A stretch of DNA of 64,000 nt from Candidatus Marinacidobacterales bacterium (lineage in GTDB: Bacteria; Acidobacteriota; Vicinamibacteria; Marinacidobacterales; DATDRI01), in assembly GCA_965219415.1 (NCBI GenBank), contig CBDCNP010000002.1, forward strand, positions 2,368,001-2,432,000, given 5' to 3'. The notes beneath the pieces are model-generated. The model did not search any database. It was not told the DNA's origin and saw only the letters and a list, made by a program, of their open reading frames with translations. Of this stretch, positions 1-10,562 are shown in pieces; the stretch's first letter is position 1, and each line of letters begins with the position of its first letter. A program made the position numbers and the translations under genes.

Positions 1-1183
1 GTGGGCGAGGCTCGAGATCCAGGATTGGGTGCAGGAGCTGATGGTAGCCGAAGTCACGGAGCTTCTCGGGCGTGAGAAATCGGAGAGACGGAAGCCCGTG
101 GACACAACGGCGGGCTATCGAAATGGATACGGTAAGCCTCGGAAGCTGACGATGAGCGTGGGCACAGTGACGGTTCGCCGGCCGAGAGTACGGGACGTGG
201 AGGAGAGGTTCGAAAGTCGAGTGCTTCCGCTGTTCAAGCGTCGGAGCGAAACGGTGAGCGAGTTGATTCCGGAGCTGTACCTGCATGGATTAGCTCACGG
301 AGATTTCGATTTGGCGCTCCGCGGGCTTCTAGGGGAGGACGCTCCACTTTCTCCCAGCACGGTGTCGCGGCTGAAACAGAAATGGCAGGGAGAGTACGAG
401 CAGTGGCTAGCTCGCCCACTGGACGAACTCGAGCTCGTGTCCCTGTGGGTAGATGGCGTGTACGTGAAGGCCGGCCTTGAGAAGGACAAGGCGGCGGTGC
501 TAGTTGCGGTTGGTGGCCTGTCCGACGGGACGAAAATCGTCCTGACGCTGGAGGCCGGGCATCGAGAATCCGAAGCGTCATGGTCGTCGCTGCTACGGAG
601 ACTGAAGAAGCGCGGTCTGAGATGTCCCCGTTTGGTGATCGGTGACGGTCATCTCGGCATCTGGGCCGCGACCCGAAACGTATTTCCAGAAGCTGAGGAG
701 CAGCGGTGCTGGAACCACCGAATCCTCAACGTACTGGACCGGATTCCGAAAAGGGACCAGGCGCAGGCCAAGCCGCTGTTGACGGCGACCCCCTACCCCA
801 CCAGCCTGCAGGAGTGCGAGACGAAGAAGGCCAAGTTCCAGGATTGGTGCTTGCGCAAGGGTCTTCCGGGGGCCGCGCACGTGCTCGACGAGGACTGGGA
901 GCGGATGGTCAGCTTCTATTCCTTTCCCAAGCCTCACTGGCAACACCTTCGCACGAGCAACGTCGTGGAGTCACCGTTCGCTGCACTGAGATTGAGAACG
1001 GATGCGGCCAAAAGGTTCAAGAAAATCGAGTCCGCCACTGCGACAATCTTCAAACTGCTTCTGGTTGCGGAGAAGAATTTTCGCCGGCTCAACGCACCGG
1101 AGCTGATGCGAGAGGTTCACCTGGGCGTTCGATTTGAAGATGGAGACAGGGTAACGGAGTCGTCGAAGGTTGCTGCTGCCTAA
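1..1183 (+). CDS. IS256-family transposase (5' partial)
   Basis: YRNGY, WVDG, IGDG, QRCWNH and RTSNVVES motifs; reading frame is open back to the window edge (WARLEIQDWVQ...). Confidence 0.93.
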   Translation, partial: WARLEIQDWVQELMVAEVTELLGREKSERRKPVDTTAGYRNGYGKPRKLTMSVGTVTVRRPRVRDVEERFESRVLPLFKRRSETVSELIPELYLHGLAHGDFDLALRGLLGEDAPLSPSTVSRLKQKWQGEYEQWLARPLDELELVSLWVDGVYVKAGLEKDKAAVLVAVGGLSDGTKIVLTLEAGHRESEASWSSLLRRLKKRGLRCPRLVIGDGHLGIWAATRNVFPEAEEQRCWNHRILNVLDRIPKRDQAQAKPLLTATPYPTSLQECETKKAKFQDWCLRKGLPGAAHVLDEDWERMVSFYSFPKPHWQHLRTSNVVESPFAALRLRTDAAKRFKKIESATATIFKLLLVAEKNFRRLNAPELMREVHLGVRFEDGDRVTESSKVAAA

Positions 1184-1213
1184 ACTTTTTTACACACCTA
1201 TTGACAAGAGCTC
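1..1213 (+). mobile_element. IS256-family insertion sequence, type A (left part outside window)
   Basis: Carries a Mutator-type transposase; just after the stop codon is an IS256-like terminal sequence ...ACACACCTATTGACAAGAGCTC ending near 1213. Confidence 0.85.
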
Positions 1214-1284
1214 GAGTAAGAGGCTTCAGCCTTGTGTCATACTTGACCTTGTCATTTGGATTGGCGAAAACAAGGAGGCCTGTT

Positions 1285-1652
1285 ATGGATTCTTTTGCCA
1301 ACATAAAAGAGCTGAGTGCCTATTTTGGGAACCCTTGGTTCCAGTCCTTGGGGATCGTCATCCTTTCGCTGGTTCTGACTCTCGCCCTTCGCTGGACCCT
1401 GCGGTTTATCCTGTTGCCATTAGTTCGCAAAACCGAAACTGAGGTGGATGACATTACGATAGGGGCGGTCAAAAGGATTGTGACCTATTTGACTCCGTTG
1501 ATTGGCCTGATGGTGGCCCTCATGCCCTTGTCTTTACAGACACCGATTCCTCAGCGTGCTCTTTTTTCTCTGCTTGCCGTACTGTTGATGCGCAGCGCAA
1601 TGGGGTTCGTTGACGAGCTGTCCGAGTGGCTGAAAACAACGTGGGTGAATCG
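1285..1652 (+). pseudogene. Membrane protein N-terminal fragment, probably an MscS mechanosensitive channel, truncated by IS256
   Basis: AGGAGG RBS then ATG; three hydrophobic helices with the KTETEVDD loop typical of MscS N-termini; frame runs into the IS inverted repeat at 1653. Confidence 0.65.
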
Positions 1653-3111
1653 GGGGATGTCCCGGCCGCTGTTGAATTTGGTCGGGTAGCGGCGGCACCT
1701 GTGAATACTCTTAGGCAGCAAACTCATCGCTGTCAAGAGATTTCTGTTTGCTTCTAAGCGCGTGAACGAGAGCGCCCATATGGCGATAGCCTTTGATACG
1801 CCGGAACTTTTTCTGCGCGGTGACGACGCCAAGAGCGGTCCATCGGCGAACCATGGAAGGACTCTTCCAACGCTTGAGGTTTCTCGATACTCTGCGAATG
1901 GTTCCGTTGAGATTCTCAATGGCGTTCGTCGTGGCAAGAGACTGGCGAAGTAAGGCGGGCAGCGCGAGCTTCACGACCGTGAGTGTCTCTTCCATCCCTT
2001 CACGAAGGCTTCCGGCAGCTTCGTCGTAGCCGTTTCGCTCGAGCCACGACACCAATGCCTGAAGTCGCTTGCGCGCCTTGTCGGCACTCTTGCACTTGTA
2101 GGCTTCCTTCATCGTCTGGAGCACGTAGGCGTGACGAGACTTGGGAAGGTACGAGCGAAGATTCCGGAGTTTATGGATCTGGCACCTTTGGATGACCGCG
2201 AGGTCCCCCAAAACGTCGACGAGTGCCTTGCGGATGCCTTTGCCTCCGTCCACTACGCAGAGAATCGACTCATCGACGCGCAAGCCCCGCTCGAGAAGGT
2301 CCTGCAACATCGCGGTGCACACCCGAGAGTTCTCCGTCGAGCCCAGCCATATACCCAGGGGCACCTTCGTTCCATCTATTGTGATACCTAGAGTTACGAC
2401 GACGGTCTGTCCGGCCACCTCAAGGCCATCCAGCATCAGTGCCGCAAGCTCGAACTCCTCTAGCCGCCGAGACAGGTATTCCTCGAGCTTCTTAGTCGTC
2501 TGGCTCACGAGGTGACGGCTGGCGGCACTCTTACTCGTGCCACGACTTCAACTTGGCCGCGGGTTTGTTCAGACTCGATTCGTAATTTCGGGTCGATACC
2601 CCCACCAAGATCTGATTCAACACTCGCTCTGGAAGCGGGTCTTCTTCGCGGAAGGCTTCGAAGTGTGGAAGCGACGCCTCCTCGCCCGACTTCGAGCGAA
2701 CTCGAGGTCGCGACACTTGGATGCGACGACCACCGAAGCTCAGCTCTCCGTTCGTGCTCCCCCAGTGGTTATGAGTTCGCTCCTTCTCGTGCTTGCCCTT
2801 GAGCCCCGCGATCTCCTCGGCGTCCTCTCTGAGCAGTAGGTGCAGAGCTGTCAGTCCTTGCTCGTACACCCATTCCGTCAGTTCCGCCTTCGTGGCCGCG
2901 ATCCCAGCTATCATCGGTAGCAGTATCTGACCGACTTGGCCAACTACCTTGCCCGTAGGCGAGTGCGTTTGCTTTCTTACTGGCTTCTTTGATTTCCTAG
3001 GCATTGGTGGCTCCTTGTCCCCCTCTGGAGACGGTTGTTTGGCAGACCTAATTCTTAGGCCGGCCAAGGAGCCGCCGCTACCCCAAATTCAACATCCGGC
3101 GGGACATCCCC
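1653..3111 (-). mobile_element. IS256-family element type B, copy 1 (no target-site duplication)
   Basis: Imperfect IRs GGGGATGTCCCGGCCGCTGTTGAATTTGG / CCAAATTCAACATCCGGCGGGACATCCCC; nearly identical to 12333-13793; flanks GTGAATCG and GAACACGA differ. Confidence 0.95.
1711..3004 (-). pseudogene. IS256 transposase, frameshifted
   Basis: 2-bp deletion near 2544 (CACGACTT here, CACGAGACTT in copy 2) splits the ORF into 2531-3067 and 1711-2508. Confidence 0.92.
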
Positions 3112-3936
3112 GAACACGAAGTCGTACTCCTTGTTGGCATTCAGATGGGTCAGGTAGTAAGCAAGAAGTTCCTCCTCGCCAGCTGCGGACAATACGATGC
3201 CGGTCTTGATACAGTTTTCCTTTTTCATGAGATACGCTGACAGATCAGCCACCGTATCCAGCGTCTTCAGGAGAATCTCAAATGTCGTGTCGTCGAGAAC
3301 GTGGACGTAGCCTTTGGTGGAGTCCACTTGGCCAACCATGAATGGGACGCCACCCTTCTCGCGTGGCAGCGTGTGGGCGCCGCCGACAACAGATGAGTTC
3401 AACATCAGACTTCCACTTCCGCCTAGTTCACGAATGCAACGAGCGCCGGCTCCATGCGCTATCACGATTCGGTGAAACACGGTAGTGGGCGTGGTAACGA
3501 GGGACAGCGGAAACTTCTTGGTGCATTTTGCGTCCAAAAATACCCTGTCAGGATGAGCCCGAATCCACCGCTCAGCACCCCACGATTGACGAGCGGACTT
3601 CTCAATTGCGCGCCGATACCAACGCGCCCAATCTAGGTCGAGATTGGCTGAATTCGGGAACTCGCAATGCTTGTCGGAGAAGATGATAATGTTGTTTTCG
3701 AAAACGACCAAGAGGTCGCAGATTTCCTTGCCACCCTCGTCGCCCTCGGCCTGATCTCGGAAGGGATTCGGATAACTCCAGAGAGACAGAAAGGTGCGTT
3801 TGCACAACTCTCTTAGATAACCTTCCGATGGCGTCACCGCTTCTGCTGGCCGAACATATTCAGTGTTGACCGGATAGCGTTGCTCCGCCAGTCGCGCCAG
3901 TCGACGCTCTCGCTTCGCTCGGCTCTGTCGTCCCAT
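3112..3936 (-). pseudogene. PD-(D/E)XK/NERD-like putative nuclease (family often annotated as SEC-C domain protein), C-terminus removed by IS256
   Basis: Motif FLSLWSYPNP...GKEICDLLVVFENNIIIFSDK resembles a restriction-endonuclease-like E..D..xDK core; frame runs into the IS end at 3111. Confidence 0.55.
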
Positions 3937-4128
3937 ACTGGATACCGTCAGACCATCATCGGCAGGGCGGGAGTTGGAATAAATTCCTGGAGACACTGGT
4001 CGGTGCTTGCTCCGTAGCTGAAGTCCGGTGGCGTTAAAATCTGATGTAACCTATTGCACTACAAAGTCTTCCCCTTATGCCCGTAACAGTCAATGACGCA
4101 AGCATCAGAAAGTATGCTAAATTATAAA

Positions 4129-4147
4129 CTATAGGCACCTATAGGTG
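4129..4147. promoter_or_regulatory. Candidate operator overlapping the methyltransferase start codon
   Basis: Perfect 12-bp palindrome CACCTATAGGTG (4136-4147); CTATAGG occurs twice 10 bp apart, in an AT-rich divergent intergenic region. Confidence 0.35.
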
Positions 4148-4511
4148 AATATGCGACAATTGTTTTCTACAGCAGAAGTCGCTGCGATGGCTGGCATACA
4201 CCGGGACACGCTCTTGCGGTGGTTACGAGAGCGGACCGTGCTGGAGCCATGCCGTGACCGTCATGGCTGGCGGGTCTTCACGGCTCGGGAAGCAGCGGCC
4301 ATCGCGGCTTTCGCCAAGGGCAACGAACAGGAAATGGCAATACCACTCGACGATGAAACCGCTATCACCCGATTGGAAGCGATCGAGTGGGACTTCGCGA
4401 CCGCCAAGACCGGGTATCTGACGCACGGTCCACATCCCTATCCCGCGAAGTTCATTCCTCAAATCCCGAATGCGCTCGTCCAGGGAGTTGTCATCAGTCG
4501 GAGAGACGATC
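4145..4511 (+). pseudogene. MerR/excisionase-like HTH fused to the N-terminus of an N4/N6 DNA methyltransferase, truncated
   Basis: FSTAEVAAMAGIHRDTLLRW...GWRVFT (HTH), then WDF...THGPHPYPAKFIPQIP; after one extra G near 4484 it reads QELSSVGETI and is then cut by an IS5 end. Confidence 0.75.
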
Positions 4512-4603
4512 CGCTGAGTGCGTTTGAAAATGCTCATGGGGAACCTCGTATCCGCGAGTACAGGACAATTGTGGACCGAGATCGCGAGTTGTGCACCAAG
4601 GCA
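4510..4603 (-). mobile_element. Orphan left end of the IS5-family element
   Basis: Near-exact reverse complement of 14927-15020, including the IR TGCCTTGGTGCACAACTC and the transposase start MSIFKRTQR. Confidence 0.9.
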
Positions 4604-5250
4604 GCCCTGAGATGATTAACGACCCGAACTTCGAACTCGACGAAGCCAGCTATGGGGATATTGCAGCCTGGGGAATGGCGGGAATGATTGCGGGAAAACT
4701 CCTTCCCGGAGTGATTGCAGATTGGCTCGGTGGACGGAGAGTATTCTTGATGGCTCTCGCTGTCACAGCTTTTCTCGCAGTTGCCTTTAGCTGGGGCACC
4801 TCTACGACCATTTTTGCCACTATAAACTTCCTTCTGCTGTTTGCAATGGCAGCGAGTTAGCCCTCCATGGCAAGTATCATCTCCGTATGGTATCCGTCGA
4901 CGAAATACGGAAGAGTGTGGTCGGCGCTCTCAACGAGTTCTCGTCTGAGTGCTTCCTTGTCGCTGATGCTGTTGGGAACGCTGCTCACCGTGTTCCCTGG
5001 CAAAACGTATTTCGCACTGCGGGGATCATGAGTCTATGCGTAGTAGCGCTTATCTTTTTCTATCTCAAAGCGAACCCAAAGGACGTTGGGCTTCCGGCCC
5101 TAGAGGATCAAGTTGCGCCGGATGGTTCTGGTAGTCAAGGCGAACCAAATGCTGACCAGAAATCACCTCACTTCCTAGATGACAAGAATCCGGCCGAAGC
5201 ACTGTGGGCTTTCGCGAGAAGTGGACGTTTCTGGCTGATGTGCTCGAGTC
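4604..5250 (+). pseudogene. MFS transporter fragment (GlpT/UhpC-like)
   Basis: MFS motif A (GVIADWLGGRR); in-frame TAG at 4858 where Trp is expected (AS*PSMASIISVWYP...YGR); later frameshift; both ends missing. Confidence 0.8.
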
Positions 5251-5440
5251 GGCTACGTCAAAAGAACCATCTGTGCTTCGCTGCCCCCGTAATTGGCACA
5301 GGTATTGGCGTGCGTCACCTGAGTCCGATGTCGAGGAGCTTCACCCTCGACCTATTGATGACGTTGGCGGGCTCGAGGCAGCGGTGAACGATCTAGGCGC
5401 GGTAGGCCTGGCTTCTATACACTGGCGAATGGAGATGGCG

Positions 5441-8400
5441 ATGAATGCGATTTGCAGTGTCACCCGAGTCGGTTTAAGGATGTTCTCCACTACGGTTGTT
5501 GCCCTCCTTGTCCTGTTTGGATTCCCCGATGACTCTAGTGCTGGCGAGGGAATGGGCCTAGTCGTCCCCACTGAGTATCCTAGCGCGGATACCAGCTTTC
5601 TTTCGGCCCTCGAGTGGCGGTTCGTGGGACCGTACCGCGGGGGACGTGTCGTTGCGGTGGCGGGAGATGCCAACGACCCCCTCGTCTTCTATTTCGGGGC
5701 CGCCCACGGCGGAGTGTGGAAGACCACCGACGCCGGGAGCCATTGGCGGAACGTGTCGGACGGCTTTTTCAGATTCCCTGCGGTGGGTGGCCTGGACGTA
5801 TCGCTATCGGATCCCAAGGTGATCTACGCGGGGACGGGCGAGGGGCTTCAACGGCAATTCATCTCGCCCGGAGACGGGGTATACAAATCCACCGACGGTG
5901 GAGAGACGTGGACCAACGTGGGCCTTCAAGAGACCCGGCACATCGCCAGGCTCCGCATTCATCCAACTAATCCCGATATCGTGTACGTGGCGGCAATGGG
6001 GGACATGTTCGGCCCCAACCCGGATCGCGGCATCTATCGAACCACGGATGGAGGACAGACGTGGGAGCAGATCCTGTATAGAGGCGAGACTTCCGGCGCC
6101 GTAGATCTAACGATTGATTCTACAAACCCACAGGTGATCATCGCGGCCCTGAACCACCATGTGACGTACCCGTGGGACGAGGAAAGCGGCGGACCCACCA
6201 CCGGCCTCTTCAAGACCACGGATGGCGGAGACACCTGGACGGACATCACCCGCAACCCCGGCATGCCAAAAGGCCTCGTCGGGAAAATCTGCATCGCCAT
6301 CTCACCGGCGCGCTCCAGCCGGGTGTATGCGTTCATCGAGGCTGACGCGGGCGAAGGCGGGATCTACCGTTCCGACGACGGCGGGTCCATCTGGCAGATG
6401 ATCCATCAAGACCCTGGCAAGATGGAGATCCCTAACTCCTACAACCACATCACCGCCGACTCCAAGGATCCCGATGTCGTCTATATCCAGCCCATCACCG
6501 GTCTGCTGAAGTCCACGGACGCGGGCCGGACCTTCAAACCTGTAAGAATGGAGAACTGGGACCCTCATGCGCTATGGATCGATCCAAACGACTCTCGCCG
6601 GATGATCGAAGGAGGGGACGGAGGGGCCTCGGTGACGTTGAACGGAGGTGAGTCCTGGTCGAGCCTGGAGAACCAGCCTACGGCCGACCTACTCAGTCTA
6701 GCGGTGGACGACCAGGAGCCCTACTGGATCTACGGCGCTCAGAATGACAATAGCCATATTGCGATTCCAAGTCGGACCGACGATCGGTCCATCGGATGGA
6801 TGCACTACCTTCCCATTCCAGCCGGCGAGGGCGGACAGACGGCGGTGAAGCCCGACGGCAGCGTGGTCTATGCAAATGATCGGTCCAGGACGGTCCGTTT
6901 CGACCGGCAAACCGGGCAGGCTTCGCACATCAGCGTTTGGCCCGAATGGGTGTTCGGAACGCCGGCCAAAGACATCAAGTACCGTTTCTACTACTCGTTC
7001 CCGGTACTCCTCTCGGCGCACAATCCTGGCGTGCTCTACACCGCCGCCCAGTACGTCTTCCGGTCCACGGACGAAGGCCAATCTTGGGACCAGATTAGTT
7101 CCGACCTCACGCGGAACCGCCAGGACGTGATGGGTGAAATATCCGGAGGGCCCATTAGTTCCAATGCGTCCTCGCTTTTTCACGTGAGTCTCATCCGGAC
7201 CATTGCCGAGTCTCCCCTCAAAGAGGGTGAGCTCTGGGTGGGCACCGACGACAGTACCGTTCAGCTATCGCGAGATGGTGGCGGCAGTTGGCTGGACGTC
7301 TCGCCGCCGGATCTCCCCGAATGGACCACCATCACCGCCATAGACGTATCTCCCCACCAGCGGGGGACGGTTTATATCTCCGGTGGACGGCACAGGGTAA
7401 GCGATCGCACACCGTATCTCTATAAGACCACCGACTACGGCAACACCTGGAAGCGAATCACCAAAGGGATTCGGGAAAATGACTACTCGTGGGTCATCCG
7501 CGAGGATCCGGTCCGCCCGGGTCTCCTCTACGCGGGAACAGAAACTGGCGCGTACGTTTCCTTCGATGCCGGGAACTCCTGGCAGTCCCTACAACGCAAC
7601 CTGCCGCCGGCGATGGTCATGCAGATGCTCGTGAAGGACGATGACCTAGTGGTGGCAACTCATGGGCGGGGCTTCTGGATTATGGATAACATCTCGTCCC
7701 TGCGCGCCATCACCCCAGAAGTCGCATCGGCCCCGGTGTATCTGTTTGAAGTAGTTCCCGCTCTCCGTCAACTTCGGGGAGGGAGAGGATGGACGGAGAT
7801 GAAGACCTCGGACGTCGGGAAGAACCCGCCGCGCGGGGTGATGATCGAATATTACCTGGCCCAAGAACCCGCCGGTGATGTGATGTTCACCATCACGGAT
7901 GCGGGCGGCGAGATCATCGAGCAATTCCCCAGCAGGTCGAAGGAACGCGGTAGCCCCTCCACCAGGGCAGGAATGAACCGATTCCTCTGGGACATGCGAT
8001 ATCCGGGTACCCAGATGCCCCCGTCCCCTGGAGCATTGAACGGTTTTATGAGCGTCGATTACTCACCGCCCGCATCGCCGATTGCGCCTCCCGGACGATA
8101 CTTCGTCCGACTCTCCGTGGACGGACAGGCTTACGAGCAGCCTTTCGAGATCCGGAAAGATCCGAGAGTAAAAGCCAGCGATGCCGATCTCAAGGCTCAG
8201 TTCGACCTCATGGTTGACATCCGGGATCGGTTTTCGGAAGTGGCCGACGCCGTGCTCAGAATCAGAGAAGTCCGAGCCCAGCTTGACGGGCTTCGGGCTG
8301 AGCTGCCAGAGGATTCCAGGGTCAAGGCCGACGGGATCCTAGAGCAGTTCAGGCAGATCGAGGGCATTCTAACCATATGGATGGGGTCCGAGGCCCACCC

Positions 8401-8590
8401 TATGATGTGGAGCCCTCCGGGGTTGACCGAAAAGCTAAGCTCGCTCTCAAGGGCCGTCGGCGCGGCGGATGCCAAACCCACGGAATCGATGTACGCGGTA
8501 TTCGAGGACCTCTCGGAACGCTTCGAGGTCCAACGGAACCGGTTGAACCAGGTCATTGACGAAGAGGTTGGGCCCCTGCTGTCCCGCTGA
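5441..8590 (+). CDS. Secreted VPS10/sortilin-like BNR (Asp-box) repeat protein, putative glycosyl hydrolase
   Basis: WRFVGPYRGGRV start; many S/TxDGGxTW Asp-boxes; LVVATHGRGFWI motif; signal-like N-terminus; start codon uncertain (5429-5480). Confidence 0.88.
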   Translation: MNAICSVTRVGLRMFSTTVVALLVLFGFPDDSSAGEGMGLVVPTEYPSADTSFLSALEWRFVGPYRGGRVVAVAGDANDPLVFYFGAAHGGVWKTTDAGSHWRNVSDGFFRFPAVGGLDVSLSDPKVIYAGTGEGLQRQFISPGDGVYKSTDGGETWTNVGLQETRHIARLRIHPTNPDIVYVAAMGDMFGPNPDRGIYRTTDGGQTWEQILYRGETSGAVDLTIDSTNPQVIIAALNHHVTYPWDEESGGPTTGLFKTTDGGDTWTDITRNPGMPKGLVGKICIAISPARSSRVYAFIEADAGEGGIYRSDDGGSIWQMIHQDPGKMEIPNSYNHITADSKDPDVVYIQPITGLLKSTDAGRTFKPVRMENWDPHALWIDPNDSRRMIEGGDGGASVTLNGGESWSSLENQPTADLLSLAVDDQEPYWIYGAQNDNSHIAIPSRTDDRSIGWMHYLPIPAGEGGQTAVKPDGSVVYANDRSRTVRFDRQTGQASHISVWPEWVFGTPAKDIKYRFYYSFPVLLSAHNPGVLYTAAQYVFRSTDEGQSWDQISSDLTRNRQDVMGEISGGPISSNASSLFHVSLIRTIAESPLKEGELWVGTDDSTVQLSRDGGGSWLDVSPPDLPEWTTITAIDVSPHQRGTVYISGGRHRVSDRTPYLYKTTDYGNTWKRITKGIRENDYSWVIREDPVRPGLLYAGTETGAYVSFDAGNSWQSLQRNLPPAMVMQMLVKDDDLVVATHGRGFWIMDNISSLRAITPEVASAPVYLFEVVPALRQLRGGRGWTEMKTSDVGKNPPRGVMIEYYLAQEPAGDVMFTITDAGGEIIEQFPSRSKERGSPSTRAGMNRFLWDMRYPGTQMPPSPGALNGFMSVDYSPPASPIAPPGRYFVRLSVDGQAYEQPFEIRKDPRVKASDADLKAQFDLMVDIRDRFSEVADAVLRIREVRAQLDGLRAELPEDSRVKADGILEQFRQIEGILTIWMGSEAHPMMWSPPGLTEKLSSLSRAVGAADAKPTESMYAVFEDLSERFEVQRNRLNQVIDEEVGPLLSR

Positions 8591-9222
8591 TGGAGGGTGG
8601 GCGATTCAAGGGCCCGGCAGGTGCTGGCGTGACTCGTCACTCTAGCTAGTACCCGTCCTGAAGCCTGTAAGGGATTGAGAAAAAAGGAGAAATCGCAAAT
8701 TCAGGGCTAGTCTTCTGAGGGGGTGTCGATTAGGATCGTGTCGTTGAAAACATCCGATTCTAAATGACTTAACTCCAAAGGAGACCAGCTGTGCCTTCTA
8801 TTTATTCATCCGCGCGCACCGAACTTGATTAGTCTCCGGTCTGCCGGCACCATGCCGGCATGATTTCGTCGTTGGTTCCCGCTCTCGTCTCTAGAGGACC
8901 TAGAATCGAGGCCGGGGCTACCGCGGCGCAGCGGGCTAGCACGTTCTGGTCCAGGTGCGGCCCGGGCCTGGACCCAAGTTTCCGCTCGGGAGCGTGGCAT
9001 CCCCTTGCTGGACGGTGTTTTCCCTGCGCGTACGGGGAACTCGAATCGCCGACATCGTCTCCGACCCCCAGATCTGGGGCTCGCCACGGGTTGATGACGA
9101 TCGAAACGGCCCCGGCGCGCCGATCTTGAGTTCGTTTGTGTTTTTGGACACAACGAGATAGGCCGCGCCTACGGAGCACCGCGCCAGCCCTCGACCCTAC
9201 CGCGCTTCTCCGTACTGCCTTC

Positions 9223-10008
9223 CTAGAGGTCGATGTCGACACCGACTGGGCAGTGGTCGGAGCCCCGCTCGTTGGGCCAGATGAAGGCGTCCTTCAACCG
9301 TTCCATCGCGCTCGGCGACGCGAGGACGTAGTCGATCCGCCACCCGACGTTCCGCTCGCGCGCGCCGCTCCACTGCCGCCACCAAGTGTAATGGTCCGGC
9401 TGGTCGGGATGCAGGGCGCGAAAGGTGTCCACCCAGCCCGCTTCGAGCCAGCGGTCGAGCTCGACCCGCTCCTCGGGGAGGAACCCGCTGTTCTTGACAT
9501 TGGATTTCGGGCGAGCGAGGTCGATCTCGCGGTGCGCGGTGTTGAAATCCCCGATCACGAGCACTGGACATCGGCGCCGCAGTTGCTGCGCCCGGTCGAA
9601 CACAGCCCGATAGAAGTCGAGTTTGTAGCCGACCCGGCTGTTGTCTCGGTCCTTCCCGCTTCCCTTGGGAAAATAGCCGTTTACAACCGCGAACCGCCCG
9701 CGATCGGTCCGGAAGTGAGCAGCGATGAACCGGCCCTCGATATCGAACTGAGGCTCTCCGAGGGAGGTCTCCACTAGAACGGGCCGGAACTTCGAGTAGA
9801 TGCCGACACCACTGTATCCCCGGCGCTCGGCTACCGCGAACGCGGCGTGCCAGTCGGTCGGCGTCCGTGCGGCGGAAGGGATCTCCTCGGGTAGCGCGCG
9901 GACCTCTTGGACGCCGAGGATGTCGGCTCCAGACCGGTCCAAAAAGTCCACGAACCCGCGCCGCACGCAAGCGCGAATCCCATTTACGTTCCAACTCACG
10001 ACCCGCAT
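9223..10008 (-). CDS. xth: Exodeoxyribonuclease III / AP endonuclease
   Basis: SWNVNGIRA, QE, GYSGV, GDFNTAH, YTWW, GWRIDY and GSDHCP motifs. Confidence 0.95.
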   Translation of the reverse strand: MRVVSWNVNGIRACVRRGFVDFLDRSGADILGVQEVRALPEEIPSAARTPTDWHAAFAVAERRGYSGVGIYSKFRPVLVETSLGEPQFDIEGRFIAAHFRTDRGRFAVVNGYFPKGSGKDRDNSRVGYKLDFYRAVFDRAQQLRRRCPVLVIGDFNTAHREIDLARPKSNVKNSGFLPEERVELDRWLEAGWVDTFRALHPDQPDHYTWWRQWSGARERNVGWRIDYVLASPSAMERLKDAFIWPNERGSDHCPVGVDIDL

Positions 10009-10186
10009 CGGTTCGACCTCCGCCACACCAACCACTAGACGTTCGTCAGGCCGCTCTTAGTAGATGGTGTCCCTTCCATAAACTCGAGCTGCATGAGATT
10101 GGCAAACTGCCTGCAACCAGGACGCTTTGGTCGTCTTCATGTAGGACGTTTTGAGAGCCGGCGTCGGCTCTACTCAGGGGTAGAGG

Positions 10187-10510
10187 TGTAAGCTGGTGCA
10201 AAGTCCAGCAGCCGTCCCGAGCAGATCGGACTCAAGCAGCGCGTCGAGTGTAATGATAATGGAGACCACCGACCTTTGGAATGGCACTCACTTTGCCCAT
10301 TGCTGGCGACTCTACGCGGCGAGGCTCGGGCGCGTCCTTCTCAAGCGACAAATGAGTCCGGCACGAATGATAGTAGTCGACGTATTTGCGTAGGATTCGC
10401 CTCAGGTGCTGCTCCGTCGAGGACGATCACATGGTCAAGACACTCACGTCGAATGGAGCCGATCATCCTTTCGACTAATGGATTCTGTCACGGGGAGCGC
10501 GGTGCGGTAA
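10187..10510. mobile_element. Remnant end of an integrase-core (IS481-like) element
   Basis: Starts TGTAAGCTGGTGCAAAG; the translation (RVLLKRQMSPARMIVVDV / RRMEPIILSTNGFCHGERGAVRT) resembles the leader of such elements as I recall it; no transposase remains. Confidence 0.4.
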
Positions 10511-10562
10511 GGACTGCTCGTCGTGCCGAAGCGTCGGGAAGGACGGCTTGCTGTCGGAGGAA

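Noticed and set aside
2508-2560. Programmed frameshift in the IS256 transposase
   Set aside because: The sister copy has one continuous ORF; this is a 2-bp deletion
4512-4615. Novel C-terminal domain on the HTH-methyltransferase ORF, shared with the start of ORF 13961-14959
   Set aside because: DRDRELCTKA is simply the IS5 terminus read on its opposite strand
5204-5440. N-terminal extension of the VPS10 ORF
   Set aside because: Overlaps the MFS remnant and precedes the signal peptide; probably an open frame by chance
8806-9242. Several overlapping ORFs downstream of xth
   Set aside because: No recognisable motifs in any frame; likely decayed or non-coding sequence
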